The position numbers were made by a program, and so were the translations under genes. Below are positions 42,569-52,844 of a DNA stretch of 64,000 nucleotides, in pieces. Positions within the stretch are counted from its first letter, which is position 1. Every line of letters starts with the position of its first letter. The DNA is from a virus (taxonomy: Duplodnaviria > Caudoviricetes), in the IMG/VR virus record IMGVR_UViG_2862830631_000005, positions 14,672 through 78,671 of that record; one strand, given 5' to 3'. The notes under the pieces were generated by a model, which saw nothing but the letters and a program-made list of their open reading frames with translations, ran no database searches and was not told the DNA's origin.

Positions 42569-45500
42569 TTAAACGCCGTACTTGCCGATGTAAGGCATCG
42601 CTTCCTGCGCAGCGGTTGTGCGCTGCTGACGCTTGAACTCGTCAAGGTTCGTCAGCTGATAGACGTTGTCGCCGTTGTGAACACGGCCCTGAACCATCGA
42701 AGGAACGCCCGAGGTATCTGGCTGGGCCGGCAGTAGGGGAGTGCCAGATGCACTTGCAGTTGATCCGTTCGTCGCAGTTCCCACGAGCAGCGACGACAAG
42801 ACGTTCGTCAAGCCAGTTGCGATCTGGCCGCCGATCTGGAATCCGGCCTGAATGCCAGCCCCGGCGAGCTGCCCACCAGCGCCACCAGCGAGTCCGCCTG
42901 CGCCGGCAGTCGCGCCCATCGAGGCTCCAGACGCGGCCATCGATGCAGCGGTAGCCACGAGAGACCCGACATGGTTCCACGCACCCTGAATGCCTGAACT
43001 CAACGCAGGGAGGTTGTGCTCCTGCGATGAAGGTGCAGCACCAAGGCTTGCCCGAGGGTCAGCCGACTGCGACGCATCAGCGCCAGGCTGTGCCGAACCA
43101 ACGCCGCCGGTTCCCGAGAGCAGCCCAGCCAGGCCACCGACGTTCGTCAGTGCGTCCTGCACGCCAGGGAGAGCACCAGGGTCTGGAGCGGGAGCAGTCG
43201 CCCCAGGCCCCGGTGCACCTCCGGTCGAAGGGGTGGTGCCAGCACCAGCCCCAAGTGTGAGAGGCCCGGGAGTAGCGGGCTGCGGAACGCCTGGCTGCTG
43301 GCCTGGCTCAGGTGGAGCGGGAGGCTGCGGCGTCTGCGGGAGCGGACCTGGAGTCTGCCCCGGGTAAGGCTGCGGCATCCACCAGCCGCCACCCTCGAAC
43401 TGGCCGGCGTTCACCAGATGCATGAAGTCCAGGCCGTACTTCTTCACGGCGTAGTCGCGCATCATGAACTCGCCCTTGGACCCCATCAGTGGGACAGAGT
43501 CCGAGCGCCCAGTGCCAGGCCCGGTGATCAGTCCACCGCCGGCCTTACCTGGAATAGGTAGCCCAAGCTGTGGCGGATTCCACTGCGCGAAGACCCGGGC
43601 ACCCCTACCCTCTGGTCGCACATCGAAAGGCGTGTAGCTGCCACCGCGTGGAAGTAGGAGCTCATTCTCTGCTCGCCCGAAGTGCGAGAGAGACTCGCGT
43701 CCAGCACGTCCAGACAGCCACAACCCGTGGGAGCCGCGCGGTACAAGCAGCTGCATTACATACGGCGAAGGACGCCCACCAGCGCCGACACTGGTTGATG
43801 TGTATCCGGGATCGGAGAATGTGCGGCCGAGCAACCTGGTCAGGTCGTCATTGGGGTGGATGTTCCCGAAGCCGGCTGCGTCGAGCTCGCGGTTGACAAC
43901 GAAGTCGTCCGGTACGCGGTTTGCCTTCCCGAACGCGCTGTCAATCCCGGCTACCTGCCGCAGATGCTCTGATAGCGCGTCACTGCCGACCAGGTGACCC
44001 TTGCCGCTGGCAAGCGCTCGGAGCGTGCCGTTGACACCAGACCCCTTTGTGTACCCGTAGATGGCGTCGAGCTCGGCCGGAGTGAACGGGTTGTCCGACT
44101 TGCTGTACGGCCAGATATCGTTCGCGTACGCCCGCGCCCTGCCGAGATCCATCGCATCCGGGGCGGTGTGCGCGTGCGCAGGGGTGGCACCCTTCAGGAA
44201 TCCGCGACGTGCAGCACTGCTCGCCACCGAGCCTGCACGTGTTCCCTTCAGTGCCGCGCCACCAGGAACGAACGCCGACGCGATGTCAAACGCGGACATA
44301 CCGGCCGCGCGAGCAGGGTTACGACCCCACTCATCCCAGTGGACGGTGTTCTTACCGAACTGCCTCCACGCATCCCCAACAGATGGGGAACCGCCTCCAC
44401 CGAGCCCAACAAGTGGTGCTAGACCGCGTGCAGCGCCACCGACCGCCATGGCTGGGTTGCCGACAGCCTGGTAGATCCCCTTACCTGCATCCCAAGCCGA
44501 GGACCCGACGCCGCCGAGGAAGTCTCCGACCTTTCCGAAGAACCCTCCACCCGAGAAGCGTGGTAGCCGGCGAGCGTTCAGATCATCGAACAGCTGCTTG
44601 CCGTAGTAGCGGGTGGCATCCCTATTGGTGACGAACTCACCACGCGACAGCCACGCCAAACCACTATTCGGATGACCACCGCTCTTGAACCCGTGCCCCT
44701 GGCCGATCTGGTTTGGAACGCCAGTGTTCGGGTCCTGCCCGTACTGCGACTTCGTGTAGGCAATCGCCGCGACGATCTGAGACCACGGGTCATTGATCGA
44801 TCCGCCGACAGCGTTGTAGGAGTCAAACGTCGATGGCAGGAAGTTGAACAGACCCATGACCTGCTGGGTTCCGCCCTGTCCGTCGGAGTCATTCCCGTTG
44901 AACGAGAACGGATCACCGCCAGACTCAGTATCGATCTGCTTGACGAGAGCGTTCTCCCACGCGGCAGCGTTGGTGATTCCAAGCTGAGGCCCGTACATCT
45001 GCAGCGCCTGACGGATCATGGCGCGATAAGCGTTTCCGCCCTTCTTGCCAGGTGAAGCGAGACCACCGCCCTGCTGAAGAAGGTTGTCGTTGAATGCGAT
45101 CGGCTGGATAGGAAGACCAGTCGAAGGGTCAACCTCGATAGGCAGCTGCCCGTTGCCGTACAGGAACTGGTTCAGGTACTGCCCTGATCCACCGTCACCA
45201 ACGACATTGCCGAGTCCGCCGATGCCCTGCTGGAGCAGCTGCGAGAAGACATCCCCACCGCCGCCACCTGAGGAACCGCCAAGGTTCAGCCACCCTGACG
45301 CTGCCTGGCCGGCGCCATTGCCCACCTGTCGGGTGAGATCAGCAAGCCAATTGAAGTTGATCCCAGTGAGGTCGGTGAGCAGCTGCGTGCCGATCCCGAG
45401 CAGGCTGGAACCGATATTCCCAGCCTGGCCAACCAGGAACTGGGCGATGTTCGAAGGCTGCATAAAGTCGGGCAGCCCAGCGATATTCCCGAAGAGGCCG

Positions 45501-48500
45501 CCGCTGGAATCTCCAGTCAGCATGTCAGCAGTGACGCCGCCAGGTAGTCCACCCGGGTACTGCTGCATCAAACCTGGCAGCATGTACTGCTCGGCCCCGG
45601 TTGGGTAACCACCTCCAGTGGTCTTCACGTGAATGTGATCGCGATGACCCTGCGTATCGCCAGAACGGCCCAACGCATGGCCGTCCCCACCCACTGGCTG
45701 CCAGAAGTCCTGCCAGATGGTGGAATCCACGCCCATGGCAGCACCGTTGGCCTGAAGCCACTGGTTGATCTGATCTCCGAGCGCCTTACCCTCTGGGGTG
45801 TTGTAGTTCGGGATCATGATGTCGATGGCCTTGCCAGACGGGTGATCCTCGATGGCGTCCTCGCGGTAGCCGCCGATGTTCGCGATCTGTGGGAACATCG
45901 CTTCGACCGCGCGCTTCACGCCGATCGTGTTGACCTGCAGGTTGCCCTCACCGCCCAGGCGTGACTGCAGCGGCACGCCTGCCATCTGACCGCCGACGCT
46001 GGCCAGTGGGTTCATCAACCCGGCCACGGGGATCCCGTTGATCTGCGGCATGCCGGCAGCTGCGACCACGCCGGGGATTACCGGGGTGATGCCGGCGTTA
46101 TTGACGCCCGGGTATCCGCCAGTTAGGTGCGTGCTCGACACGGTCGACGCAGGGGGTGCCGAAACAGGCCCTGGCTGCCCCTGAGGAGCTCCAGAACTGT
46201 TTGCTGGGGTGGTTGGCTTAGGGGACTGAACTGGAGGCGCAGGAGTGGCCTCAGGGGCCTTCGGTGAAACTCCCGGAGTCAACCCAAGGAAGTCCTTCGC
46301 ATATGCGTCGAAGAACCCACGAGGACGTGAACCTGGAGCACCACTCTGGCCGAGGTCATACCCATGCTGGGCATCCAAAGCGCTACGCGACAACTTCGTG
46401 TTCGCGTACGGTGGCTTCTCCCAGTTAGGAGTGATATCAACCGGCCCAGCCTTAGTGGCAAGGTTGTCCTCATACCAGTGCCAGCCCTGCTTGATTGAGT
46501 CAATGGCAGCACGGCCGAAAGTCACGCGCTCATCCATGCGCGTAGAGCTGTTGGCAACACCCGCCTTGTTCTTAGGCTGAGGGCGATCCAAAATCGACGG
46601 AGTGACAGGACCGAACCATCCACCCGAGTCGAAGCGCGGAAGCTCCATACCATTCAGGCGGTTAAAGAAGTCGACGCCGTAGTACTTCACCGCGGCTGCA
46701 TTGGTCACATGCTCACCGCGCGACAGCATCGCCAGGTTCGCATCATCGCGAGGGCCGCCGACGCCACCAACAAGGCCACCATCGGCGAACTTGTCAATGT
46801 ACTTCTCGGTACCGTCAACAGTGAGGTTCGTGCGGAAACGTCCATCACCGTTCGGTGCGACAGTCCCATCCTCGGCCGGCACAGCAGGCTTGCGGTCAGT
46901 GATGACGACCGCATTGCCGGCATCATCGATATGAACCTCAGAAACACCAGAGCCGGCGAACACGCCAACACCTGGCTTCACCGACCCGAGGCCGTTGGCA
47001 AGTGTGTTCACCTGCTGGGCCTGCGCGGCACCAGCGCTCAAGCTGTTCGGGATGTCGCGCAACGCAGATAGCGACGCAAAGAGATCGCCCTGGCCGGTCG
47101 ACTTCACCACGCCCTGAAGGTCATCCGGGAGGTTTCCAGTCGCACGCTTTCCAGCGATAACCCCCTGCTTAGCTACTTCAGGTAGCCAGGACGGAATGTT
47201 TTGGTCAACGAGCATCGCTGAGTACGCAGCGCGAACCTTGTCGAGTGCCTTCTGGTCCGTACTGGCTGCAAGTGCTAGATCACGAGCACTGACGCCGTAC
47301 TTCTCCCAGATATCACCCGACTTCTTCCAAGAATCCGAGTTCTGGACGGCCTTCGTTGCCATGTCGTTGCCGCGCTGAAGAACGCTCTGACGCTCGGCGT
47401 CGTTGATCGGCAGGAGGGCCCGACCGAACTGGTTAGGGCCAGCGAGCCCAGAACGGGCAGCCGCATCAATCGTGTTGACCTGGCCCTGGCCCTGGAACGT
47501 GAACGTCTGGGCAGCCTGCAACGCGGCAGCCTTGTCAGCCGAACCCGTAGTCTGATCTACGGTCGTCTGCAGCTGCTTCAGAGCCTCGTTATGGGCATCG
47601 GCATCCTGCGCAGCCTTACGGTGAGCATCACCGAGAGCGCTGATACCCAAGGTCAGTGCGGAGATTGCAGCCGAGAAAGCAAGACCTGGGCCGATGAACA
47701 ACCCGAGCCCCTTCAGGGCGCCGAGAAGCGATCCACGCCCAGCGCTACCGATCTTCCCGGCAGCGACGACGGCTGCCCCGCCGGCATTCTCGAACTGCTT
47801 CGTCAGATCCTTCGTTGACGACAACGCTGGGAAGGCAGCCTTGTCGACATTCTTCACAGCCTCGGCCGACAACTTGATCGGCTTAGCGGCACCAGCTGCA
47901 ACCCCGCCCAGCGACTGCAAATTCGCCTTGAACTCGTTCAGCCCACGGTTCATCGGACCGAAGAAGTTCGAGGTGCGGTGATACTGGGCCAGACCGCCCA
48001 TCACCTTGCCGTAGTTCTGCCACGCAGTGGTCAAACCCTCAACGATCGGGCGAGCAGTACGCCACGACAGATAAGCGATCAGCAGGTTCTTCGCCAGGCC
48101 AGTGTTCTTCTCGACCCATCCGGCGATCTTCGAGAACGTTCCCAGCACCGAGAAGAGGACAGTGGACCATTCGCGTGCGGTCTCAACCATGTCCCCGATG
48201 AACGGACGCATATCCTTGACGGCGGACAGAATCTGACCGACAAGATCGCGTGCACGTGAGAAGTAGTTAGTCAACCCCTGCTGGGTCGAAGGCTCCTTCA
48301 GGAAGTCAGCCAGCCTCGACGTAGCGCGCTCGATGGTGGTGATGAAACCGCCCTCGAACCCGGTGGTCTGCGCGAATGCACGCGACACCGAGGAGATGAT
48401 CGAAGCGATGTTCAACAGCGTGTTGCCAAGCGCAGTAAGCGAATCAAGACCAGAGTCGATCCACTCATTCAGCGTCCCGTCATCGGAAACTCGCTGAGTG

Positions 48501-49813
48501 AATGCATCGAACCTGTCGAGCACGCGCGTGAATGCGTCGGCGATGCGCGGAAGGAACTGCGCTGAATCGGAAGTCAGGCGCAGAACGCCGTCGATCAACG
48601 GCTGGAAGGCAGCGGAGAAACGCTGCAAAGCAGTGCCATTGGCACCAAAAATGCGGTCCAGGAACGACTGATTCTGATCAGTCCCCAAAGACGCGGCCAG
48701 AGCCTTCAGATTGGCATTCAGGCCGGAAGCAGTACGACTCAACCCACGATCAAGCGTGGGCAGCGCCTTGTTACCAAGATTCGTGATCGTACGATCCAAA
48801 TCCTGGAACAGGTTGTTCTGAGAGTTGCCAGACAGGCGATTCCATGCGCCCTTGAAGTCCAGAAGCGCGCGCACAGCAGACTGTGCATTCGGAGCAAGCT
48901 TCTCCATGGCCTTGTCGAGCTCGGAGATGTTGCCCTTCTCGACAGTGTCGAGGGCGTCAGAGATGCGATCGAGCGCATCAACTACAGAGTCGGCGTTCTG
49001 CACGCCCTTCTGGTTTGCGTCGAAAGTATCCTCGGCAACGCGCTTCGCGCGGACCTGCACATCCTGCAGATGGTCAACAGCCTGCAGGTAGCTCAACTGA
49101 TCACGGCGAAGTTCCAGCAGCGAACGCTGTCCGCCCTCGCGCAGGCGCTGAGCAGCCTCCTGCACGCCCAGAACCGCGTCAGCGACATTCAGCGACGAGC
49201 GACGGTTCTCGCGGTTAAGATCCTGGATCTCGCGGATCGTGTCGCGGACGGCCGAACGGTAATCACGGTACGAGCGCTCAAGGTCGCGATTCGCCCGCTG
49301 CTGGTCACGAGCGTTCTGCTCTGCATTCTTCGAATCAGTCGCGTACGCCTGGAATGCGGCCCCGAGACCGCGCATACCAACCGCAAGGGCACCCACCGAT
49401 GCGGCAGCACCACCCAACAATCCGGGCAGCGCAAAAGCGCTCTTCCCCAACGCATCCAACGCAGACGTTGCGGAACCAGCCGCATACGCGAGCGCTGGAA
49501 GCGCATCAAGTCCGATTACCTTGACATTGAGGCGAAGAGCCCGAGAAAGCGAATTACGCTTGAAAATGTGCTCAACCGTGGACAGATCACGGCGAAACTG
49601 CTGAAAGTCAGCACGAACGGGAACGGTGACAGGATCGAGCTCCTGCCGGCGGCGCCACGCGGCTACCTCAGCGGAAGCCCCCGCCATGTTGGCTTCAAAG
49701 TCGATCTCGACAGGATCGAAGCGCATGGCAGCGAGCTTCGTATCAGCCTCTACCTTGAATCGCTTCAGGGTAGGGATGATTCGAATGGCGGCTTCACCAG
49801 CCAACACAGCCAT
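42569..49813 (-). CDS. tape measure protein with peptidase-like, transglycosylase and ADP-ribosyltransferase domains
   Basis: 2414 aa following the tail chaperones; Ala-rich helical N-half; HPSGKAID/HIH; IDTESGGDP/GLFNFLPSTF; R...STS...ENE. Confidence 0.93.
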   Translation of the reverse strand: MAVLAGEAAIRIIPTLKRFKVEADTKLAAMRFDPVEIDFEANMAGASAEVAAWRRRQELDPVTVPVRADFQQFRRDLSTVEHIFKRNSLSRALRLNVKVIGLDALPALAYAAGSATSALDALGKSAFALPGLLGGAAASVGALAVGMRGLGAAFQAYATDSKNAEQNARDQQRANRDLERSYRDYRSAVRDTIREIQDLNRENRRSSLNVADAVLGVQEAAQRLREGGQRSLLELRRDQLSYLQAVDHLQDVQVRAKRVAEDTFDANQKGVQNADSVVDALDRISDALDTVEKGNISELDKAMEKLAPNAQSAVRALLDFKGAWNRLSGNSQNNLFQDLDRTITNLGNKALPTLDRGLSRTASGLNANLKALAASLGTDQNQSFLDRIFGANGTALQRFSAAFQPLIDGVLRLTSDSAQFLPRIADAFTRVLDRFDAFTQRVSDDGTLNEWIDSGLDSLTALGNTLLNIASIISSVSRAFAQTTGFEGGFITTIERATSRLADFLKEPSTQQGLTNYFSRARDLVGQILSAVKDMRPFIGDMVETAREWSTVLFSVLGTFSKIAGWVEKNTGLAKNLLIAYLSWRTARPIVEGLTTAWQNYGKVMGGLAQYHRTSNFFGPMNRGLNEFKANLQSLGGVAAGAAKPIKLSAEAVKNVDKAAFPALSSTKDLTKQFENAGGAAVVAAGKIGSAGRGSLLGALKGLGLFIGPGLAFSAAISALTLGISALGDAHRKAAQDADAHNEALKQLQTTVDQTTGSADKAAALQAAQTFTFQGQGQVNTIDAAARSGLAGPNQFGRALLPINDAERQSVLQRGNDMATKAVQNSDSWKKSGDIWEKYGVSARDLALAASTDQKALDKVRAAYSAMLVDQNIPSWLPEVAKQGVIAGKRATGNLPDDLQGVVKSTGQGDLFASLSALRDIPNSLSAGAAQAQQVNTLANGLGSVKPGVGVFAGSGVSEVHIDDAGNAVVITDRKPAVPAEDGTVAPNGDGRFRTNLTVDGTEKYIDKFADGGLVGGVGGPRDDANLAMLSRGEHVTNAAAVKYYGVDFFNRLNGMELPRFDSGGWFGPVTPSILDRPQPKNKAGVANSSTRMDERVTFGRAAIDSIKQGWHWYEDNLATKAGPVDITPNWEKPPYANTKLSRSALDAQHGYDLGQSGAPGSRPRGFFDAYAKDFLGLTPGVSPKAPEATPAPPVQSPKPTTPANSSGAPQGQPGPVSAPPASTVSSTHLTGGYPGVNNAGITPVIPGVVAAAGMPQINGIPVAGLMNPLASVGGQMAGVPLQSRLGGEGNLQVNTIGVKRAVEAMFPQIANIGGYREDAIEDHPSGKAIDIMIPNYNTPEGKALGDQINQWLQANGAAMGVDSTIWQDFWQPVGGDGHALGRSGDTQGHRDHIHVKTTGGGYPTGAEQYMLPGLMQQYPGGLPGGVTADMLTGDSSGGLFGNIAGLPDFMQPSNIAQFLVGQAGNIGSSLLGIGTQLLTDLTGINFNWLADLTRQVGNGAGQAASGWLNLGGSSGGGGGDVFSQLLQQGIGGLGNVVGDGGSGQYLNQFLYGNGQLPIEVDPSTGLPIQPIAFNDNLLQQGGGLASPGKKGGNAYRAMIRQALQMYGPQLGITNAAAWENALVKQIDTESGGDPFSFNGNDSDGQGGTQQVMGLFNFLPSTFDSYNAVGGSINDPWSQIVAAIAYTKSQYGQDPNTGVPNQIGQGHGFKSGGHPNSGLAWLSRGEFVTNRDATRYYGKQLFDDLNARRLPRFSGGGFFGKVGDFLGGVGSSAWDAGKGIYQAVGNPAMAVGGAARGLAPLVGLGGGGSPSVGDAWRQFGKNTVHWDEWGRNPARAAGMSAFDIASAFVPGGAALKGTRAGSVASSAARRGFLKGATPAHAHTAPDAMDLGRARAYANDIWPYSKSDNPFTPAELDAIYGYTKGSGVNGTLRALASGKGHLVGSDALSEHLRQVAGIDSAFGKANRVPDDFVVNRELDAAGFGNIHPNDDLTRLLGRTFSDPGYTSTSVGAGGRPSPYVMQLLVPRGSHGLWLSGRAGRESLSHFGRAENELLLPRGGSYTPFDVRPEGRGARVFAQWNPPQLGLPIPGKAGGGLITGPGTGRSDSVPLMGSKGEFMMRDYAVKKYGLDFMHLVNAGQFEGGGWWMPQPYPGQTPGPLPQTPQPPAPPEPGQQPGVPQPATPGPLTLGAGAGTTPSTGGAPGPGATAPAPDPGALPGVQDALTNVGGLAGLLSGTGGVGSAQPGADASQSADPRASLGAAPSSQEHNLPALSSGIQGAWNHVGSLVATAASMAASGASMGATAGAGGLAGGAGGQLAGAGIQAGFQIGGQIATGLTNVLSSLLVGTATNGSTASASGTPLLPAQPDTSGVPSMVQGRVHNGDNVYQLTNLDEFKRQQRTTAAQEAMPYIGKYGV

Positions 49814-50304
49814 TACGTCCCCTTAGCAGATTGCAAACGGCGGTTCTGACGGCGCATCTCACGCTCTGCCTTTGCGACATTGCGTGCCTGCGCGCGTTCG
49901 ACCGCGCTGAGCGTGCGCTTACGTGAGCGCTGCTTCCGCAACTCCAGCCCAGGAATGACAGGACGCGGCAAGGACTTACCGACCTTCACCTCGATGAGGG
50001 TCTTCAGAAGCGAAATCTCCTCGGTGTGACCGAAGATTCGCGGCCTTGACGGACCATCGTCATCCCGCGTGCGAGACCCCATCCATTCAATAGTTTCTGG
50101 GTCGCAGAGGACGGCTTCGTTGGTCATGGTGCCCGGCATATTCATCAGGACACCGAAGAATCCGAGTAGCTCCTCGACGGGGCGCTTGCGCCTCCAGGAC
50201 GTGGGGCCAGCAGGAACCCACTGGAAGTACTCGTAAGCAGAGAAACTCAGAAGATGCTGGAAGTCCCAGCAGATCGCTGACCAGTATCGGTCAACGACCT
50301 GCAT
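49813..50304 (-). CDS. tail assembly chaperone, frameshifted C-terminal part
   Basis: In the -1 frame relative to the upstream chaperone; precedes the TMP. Confidence 0.8.
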   Translation of the reverse strand: MQVVDRYWSAICWDFQHLLSFSAYEYFQWVPAGPTSWRRKRPVEELLGFFGVLMNMPGTMTNEAVLCDPETIEWMGSRTRDDDGPSRPRIFGHTEEISLLKTLIEVKVGKSLPRPVIPGLELRKQRSRKRTLSAVERAQARNVAKAEREMRRQNRRLQSAKGT

Positions 50305-50591
50305 CAGCCTTTTAGGTCATCGTCCTCAGAGGTACCGAAGAAGTGCTTCAGGTACAGGACGTTGAAGTTCTCCCAGATGTGGTTCGGCAGATCATCGAAC
50401 AGCGCATGAATGGCGTCGAACTGATCACCGAACAGGGCCTTCTCGCCCTCTTCGACCGACTTCGCATTGCGCCAGGCGTCGATCTGCCTCTTGGTTGGCT
50501 CAGTCAGGGTGATGCCATTGAACTCCAGAGCCGGAACCTCGTTCTCGGTCTGCAGCTTCTCCCAGACGGAATCCTTCTTAACGGTTGCCAC
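50304..50591 (-). CDS. tail assembly chaperone
   Basis: Between the major tail gene and the TMP; ends C-CTA-AAA-GGC-TGA. Confidence 0.82.
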   Translation of the reverse strand: MATVKKDSVWEKLQTENEVPALEFNGITLTEPTKRQIDAWRNAKSVEEGEKALFGDQFDAIHALFDDLPNHIWENFNVLYLKHFFGTSEDDDLKG

Positions 50592-50623
50592 TTCATCTGC
50601 TCCTATCTAAAGTGGACAGGTGG

Positions 50624-50660
50624 AAACCCCAGCCCCGCAACAGACGTCACAGGGCCGGGG
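50624..50660 (-). terminator. terminator after the major tail gene
   Basis: CCCCGGCCC...GGGCTGGGG followed by TTT. Confidence 0.55.
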
Positions 50661-50670
50661 CCACAACTAC

Positions 50671-51570
50671 TTACGAAGTAGTGACGGTGAAATCCACGTC
50701 ATCGGTCTGGCCGTCGAACGCGGCGGTGACGGTCGCAGAACCAGCCGCGAGTGCCGTCACAAGACCGGACTGGTCAACCTTCACAGCAGCGCCAGCGGAG
50801 ACGGTGTACTTGGTGATAGGCGTGTAGTTCAAGGTGTTCGAGCCAGTCACAGTGATCTGCTCGGTGTCGCCAACGACAATCGACGCAGACGAAGCTGCAG
50901 CGGTAATCGAGGTCACCGGAGCCACGAATCCGGCCTTCGCCACGAGACGCAGCCAGCCAGGTCCGCACCAGCCCTGAAGGACCGAGAACCCCATGGTCTT
51001 GTCCTTCGTCGCACGGAAGGTGATGCTGTACGACACGGCACCGTCATCCTGCGACTGCTGAGTGTCGACGTTCACAAGCTTCACGCGCGGCATGATGTAG
51101 TAGGCGTACAGCTCGTCGCCGTTCACATCGTCGGTCGCAACCAGGTAGGCGCGGTAGTGGATGTTTCCAGGGCGATCAGGAGCCTTGATAGTCACACCAC
51201 CTCCGGTGCTCACATCAAGGTTGTCGTCATCGAACTCGATGCCCCAGAACTTCTCCAGCACAACCTTGTTGGTCTCCAGGAAGTTCGCCTGGAACTCGAT
51301 CACACGCTTGGAGATGACCGTACGCACAGGCTCGGAATCTCCGTAGCCCTCGATGTCGCTCGACTCGATGTTGTGAGTGAGGGACACGCCGGCCTGCTTC
51401 TCGATGATTCCGGCCGACTCTGCGGTCGCGGGGATGTCAAGATCGCCGGTGACAGTGTCCTCGAGAGTGCTCACGGACGCGTTGTCCATGTTGTCGAACA
51501 GGATCGCGAACTCCATGTGCACGCGCACAAGGTCGTTCTTTGCGTCCCGAATGGTCTCAAAGTCAGCCAT
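50671..51570 (-). CDS. major tail protein with C-terminal Ig-like domain
   Basis: IEGYGDSEPVRT; C-terminal VDQSGLVTALAAGSATVTA. Confidence 0.9.
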   Translation of the reverse strand: MADFETIRDAKNDLVRVHMEFAILFDNMDNASVSTLEDTVTGDLDIPATAESAGIIEKQAGVSLTHNIESSDIEGYGDSEPVRTVISKRVIEFQANFLETNKVVLEKFWGIEFDDDNLDVSTGGGVTIKAPDRPGNIHYRAYLVATDDVNGDELYAYYIMPRVKLVNVDTQQSQDDGAVSYSITFRATKDKTMGFSVLQGWCGPGWLRLVAKAGFVAPVTSITAAASSASIVVGDTEQITVTGSNTLNYTPITKYTVSAGAAVKVDQSGLVTALAAGSATVTAAFDGQTDDVDFTVTTS

Positions 51571-51584
51571 TTAGGTGAATCCTC

Positions 51585-52091
51585 TTAGTGGGAAAGGGTT
51601 TTCAGAATCCCCGCATAGTTGGGGAGATCAGCGGGCTCACGGATGCCCAACTTGAACGTGACCGGAATGAACTTCTCGTCCACATAGCGCTCAGGGACGA
51701 CCTGAGGTCCGGTCCACTCATCTGACGACACAAACCTGTGCTTCGAACCATCCGGAAGATGGATCGGAGTCGAAAGTAGAACCTTCTCGTCCATCATCCT
51801 GCGAACGAAATTCGTTAGCTTCCAGGACTCATGCCTCGTCGGAGTGATAGCCGCGATCTGAACAAGGCACTGATCAATACGAGTCTGATCATCGACCTTG
51901 CCTGGCTGTCGCCAAACCCGCAGAGTAGGCTGCGTACCTCCGAACTCTTCTCCAGGGCTGAGCTCGTAGTGACCTGGCTTCATCCAGGTGCACAAAAAGA
52001 CCCTGTCTCCGAGTAGCCACTCAAAGTAGCTGACCACCAACTGTTCTACGTCGATGTAACCGCCCTCGAACCAGTCAGGCAGTTCGAGCAC
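51585..52091 (-). CDS. tail terminator
   Basis: LPDWFEGGYIDVEQLV; synteny. Confidence 0.75.
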   Translation of the reverse strand: MLELPDWFEGGYIDVEQLVVSYFEWLLGDRVFLCTWMKPGHYELSPGEEFGGTQPTLRVWRQPGKVDDQTRIDQCLVQIAAITPTRHESWKLTNFVRRMMDEKVLLSTPIHLPDGSKHRFVSSDEWTGPQVVPERYVDEKFIPVTFKLGIREPADLPNYAGILKTLSH

Positions 52092-52099
52092 GACATCTC

Positions 52100-52489
52100 C
52101 TAGATTGCTGGTAGGTGCTCGTACAGGGAGTCTCGAAGATCGTGACTTCCCTCGTACGGGTTGTAGCTGTGGCGGCCGAACTCATCAGCCGCGGCGTACT
52201 CAACGGCGACGGTGATCTGGCCTACCCAGCGGTCATCCCTGTAGCCGCCGATGAACACTTCGCCGTAGACCGAGTTCGCCATGCTTGTCGCGTCGTGGTC
52301 CGAGTCGGGACTTCGCGCGTAGAGCTTCGCGATGTAGGTCTCCATCACGCGAGTCACGTAATCCGAGACCAACGTGAAAACGTGATCGCCAGTGAGGATC
52401 TTCGCCAGGCCAGGGTTTGGATCAGCGTAGAAGTAAGCGCTGCCACCCTCCGCGTTGCGGATCAGGCCGTTGTCCCTAGTCAACGCCAC
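52100..52489 (-). CDS. neck/head-tail joining protein
   Basis: YAAADEFG; synteny. Confidence 0.6.
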   Translation of the reverse strand: MALTRDNGLIRNAEGGSAYFYADPNPGLAKILTGDHVFTLVSDYVTRVMETYIAKLYARSPDSDHDATSMANSVYGEVFIGGYRDDRWVGQITVAVEYAAADEFGRHSYNPYEGSHDLRDSLYEHLPAI

Positions 52490-52844
52490 CCACCACCTGA
52501 ACCCAGTGATACTGCGGGCGCGACCCCGACATCGAGTGCTCGTAATCCCACCTCGGCGGTGAGATCACCTTGTAGGAGAAACCATCGATCAGGAGCTGGT
52601 CTCCGAACTTGACCTTGATCCCATTGCGCTTGTTGGGGATCCCGATCATTCCCTCAGTGTTCGATGACTCGCCCCTGCGCATCGAAGGAGACGCAGATAG
52701 GCCACCGAGCATGACGCCCTTGACGGTTCCCACGTGGCCGAAACCGTTCGGACCAACCCTGGTGACTTCACCAGACTCGTTGACGGGATCTCCATACTTG
52801 TCGCGCTTCACCGCGCGATACACCTCGGCCTCGGGGCGACTCAC
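52476..52844 (-). CDS. head-to-tail stopper
   Basis: RDKYGDP; synteny. Confidence 0.7.
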   Translation of the reverse strand: MSRPEAEVYRAVKRDKYGDPVNESGEVTRVGPNGFGHVGTVKGVMLGGLSASPSMRRGESSNTEGMIGIPNKRNGIKVKFGDQLLIDGFSYKVISPPRWDYEHSMSGSRPQYHWVQVVGGVD

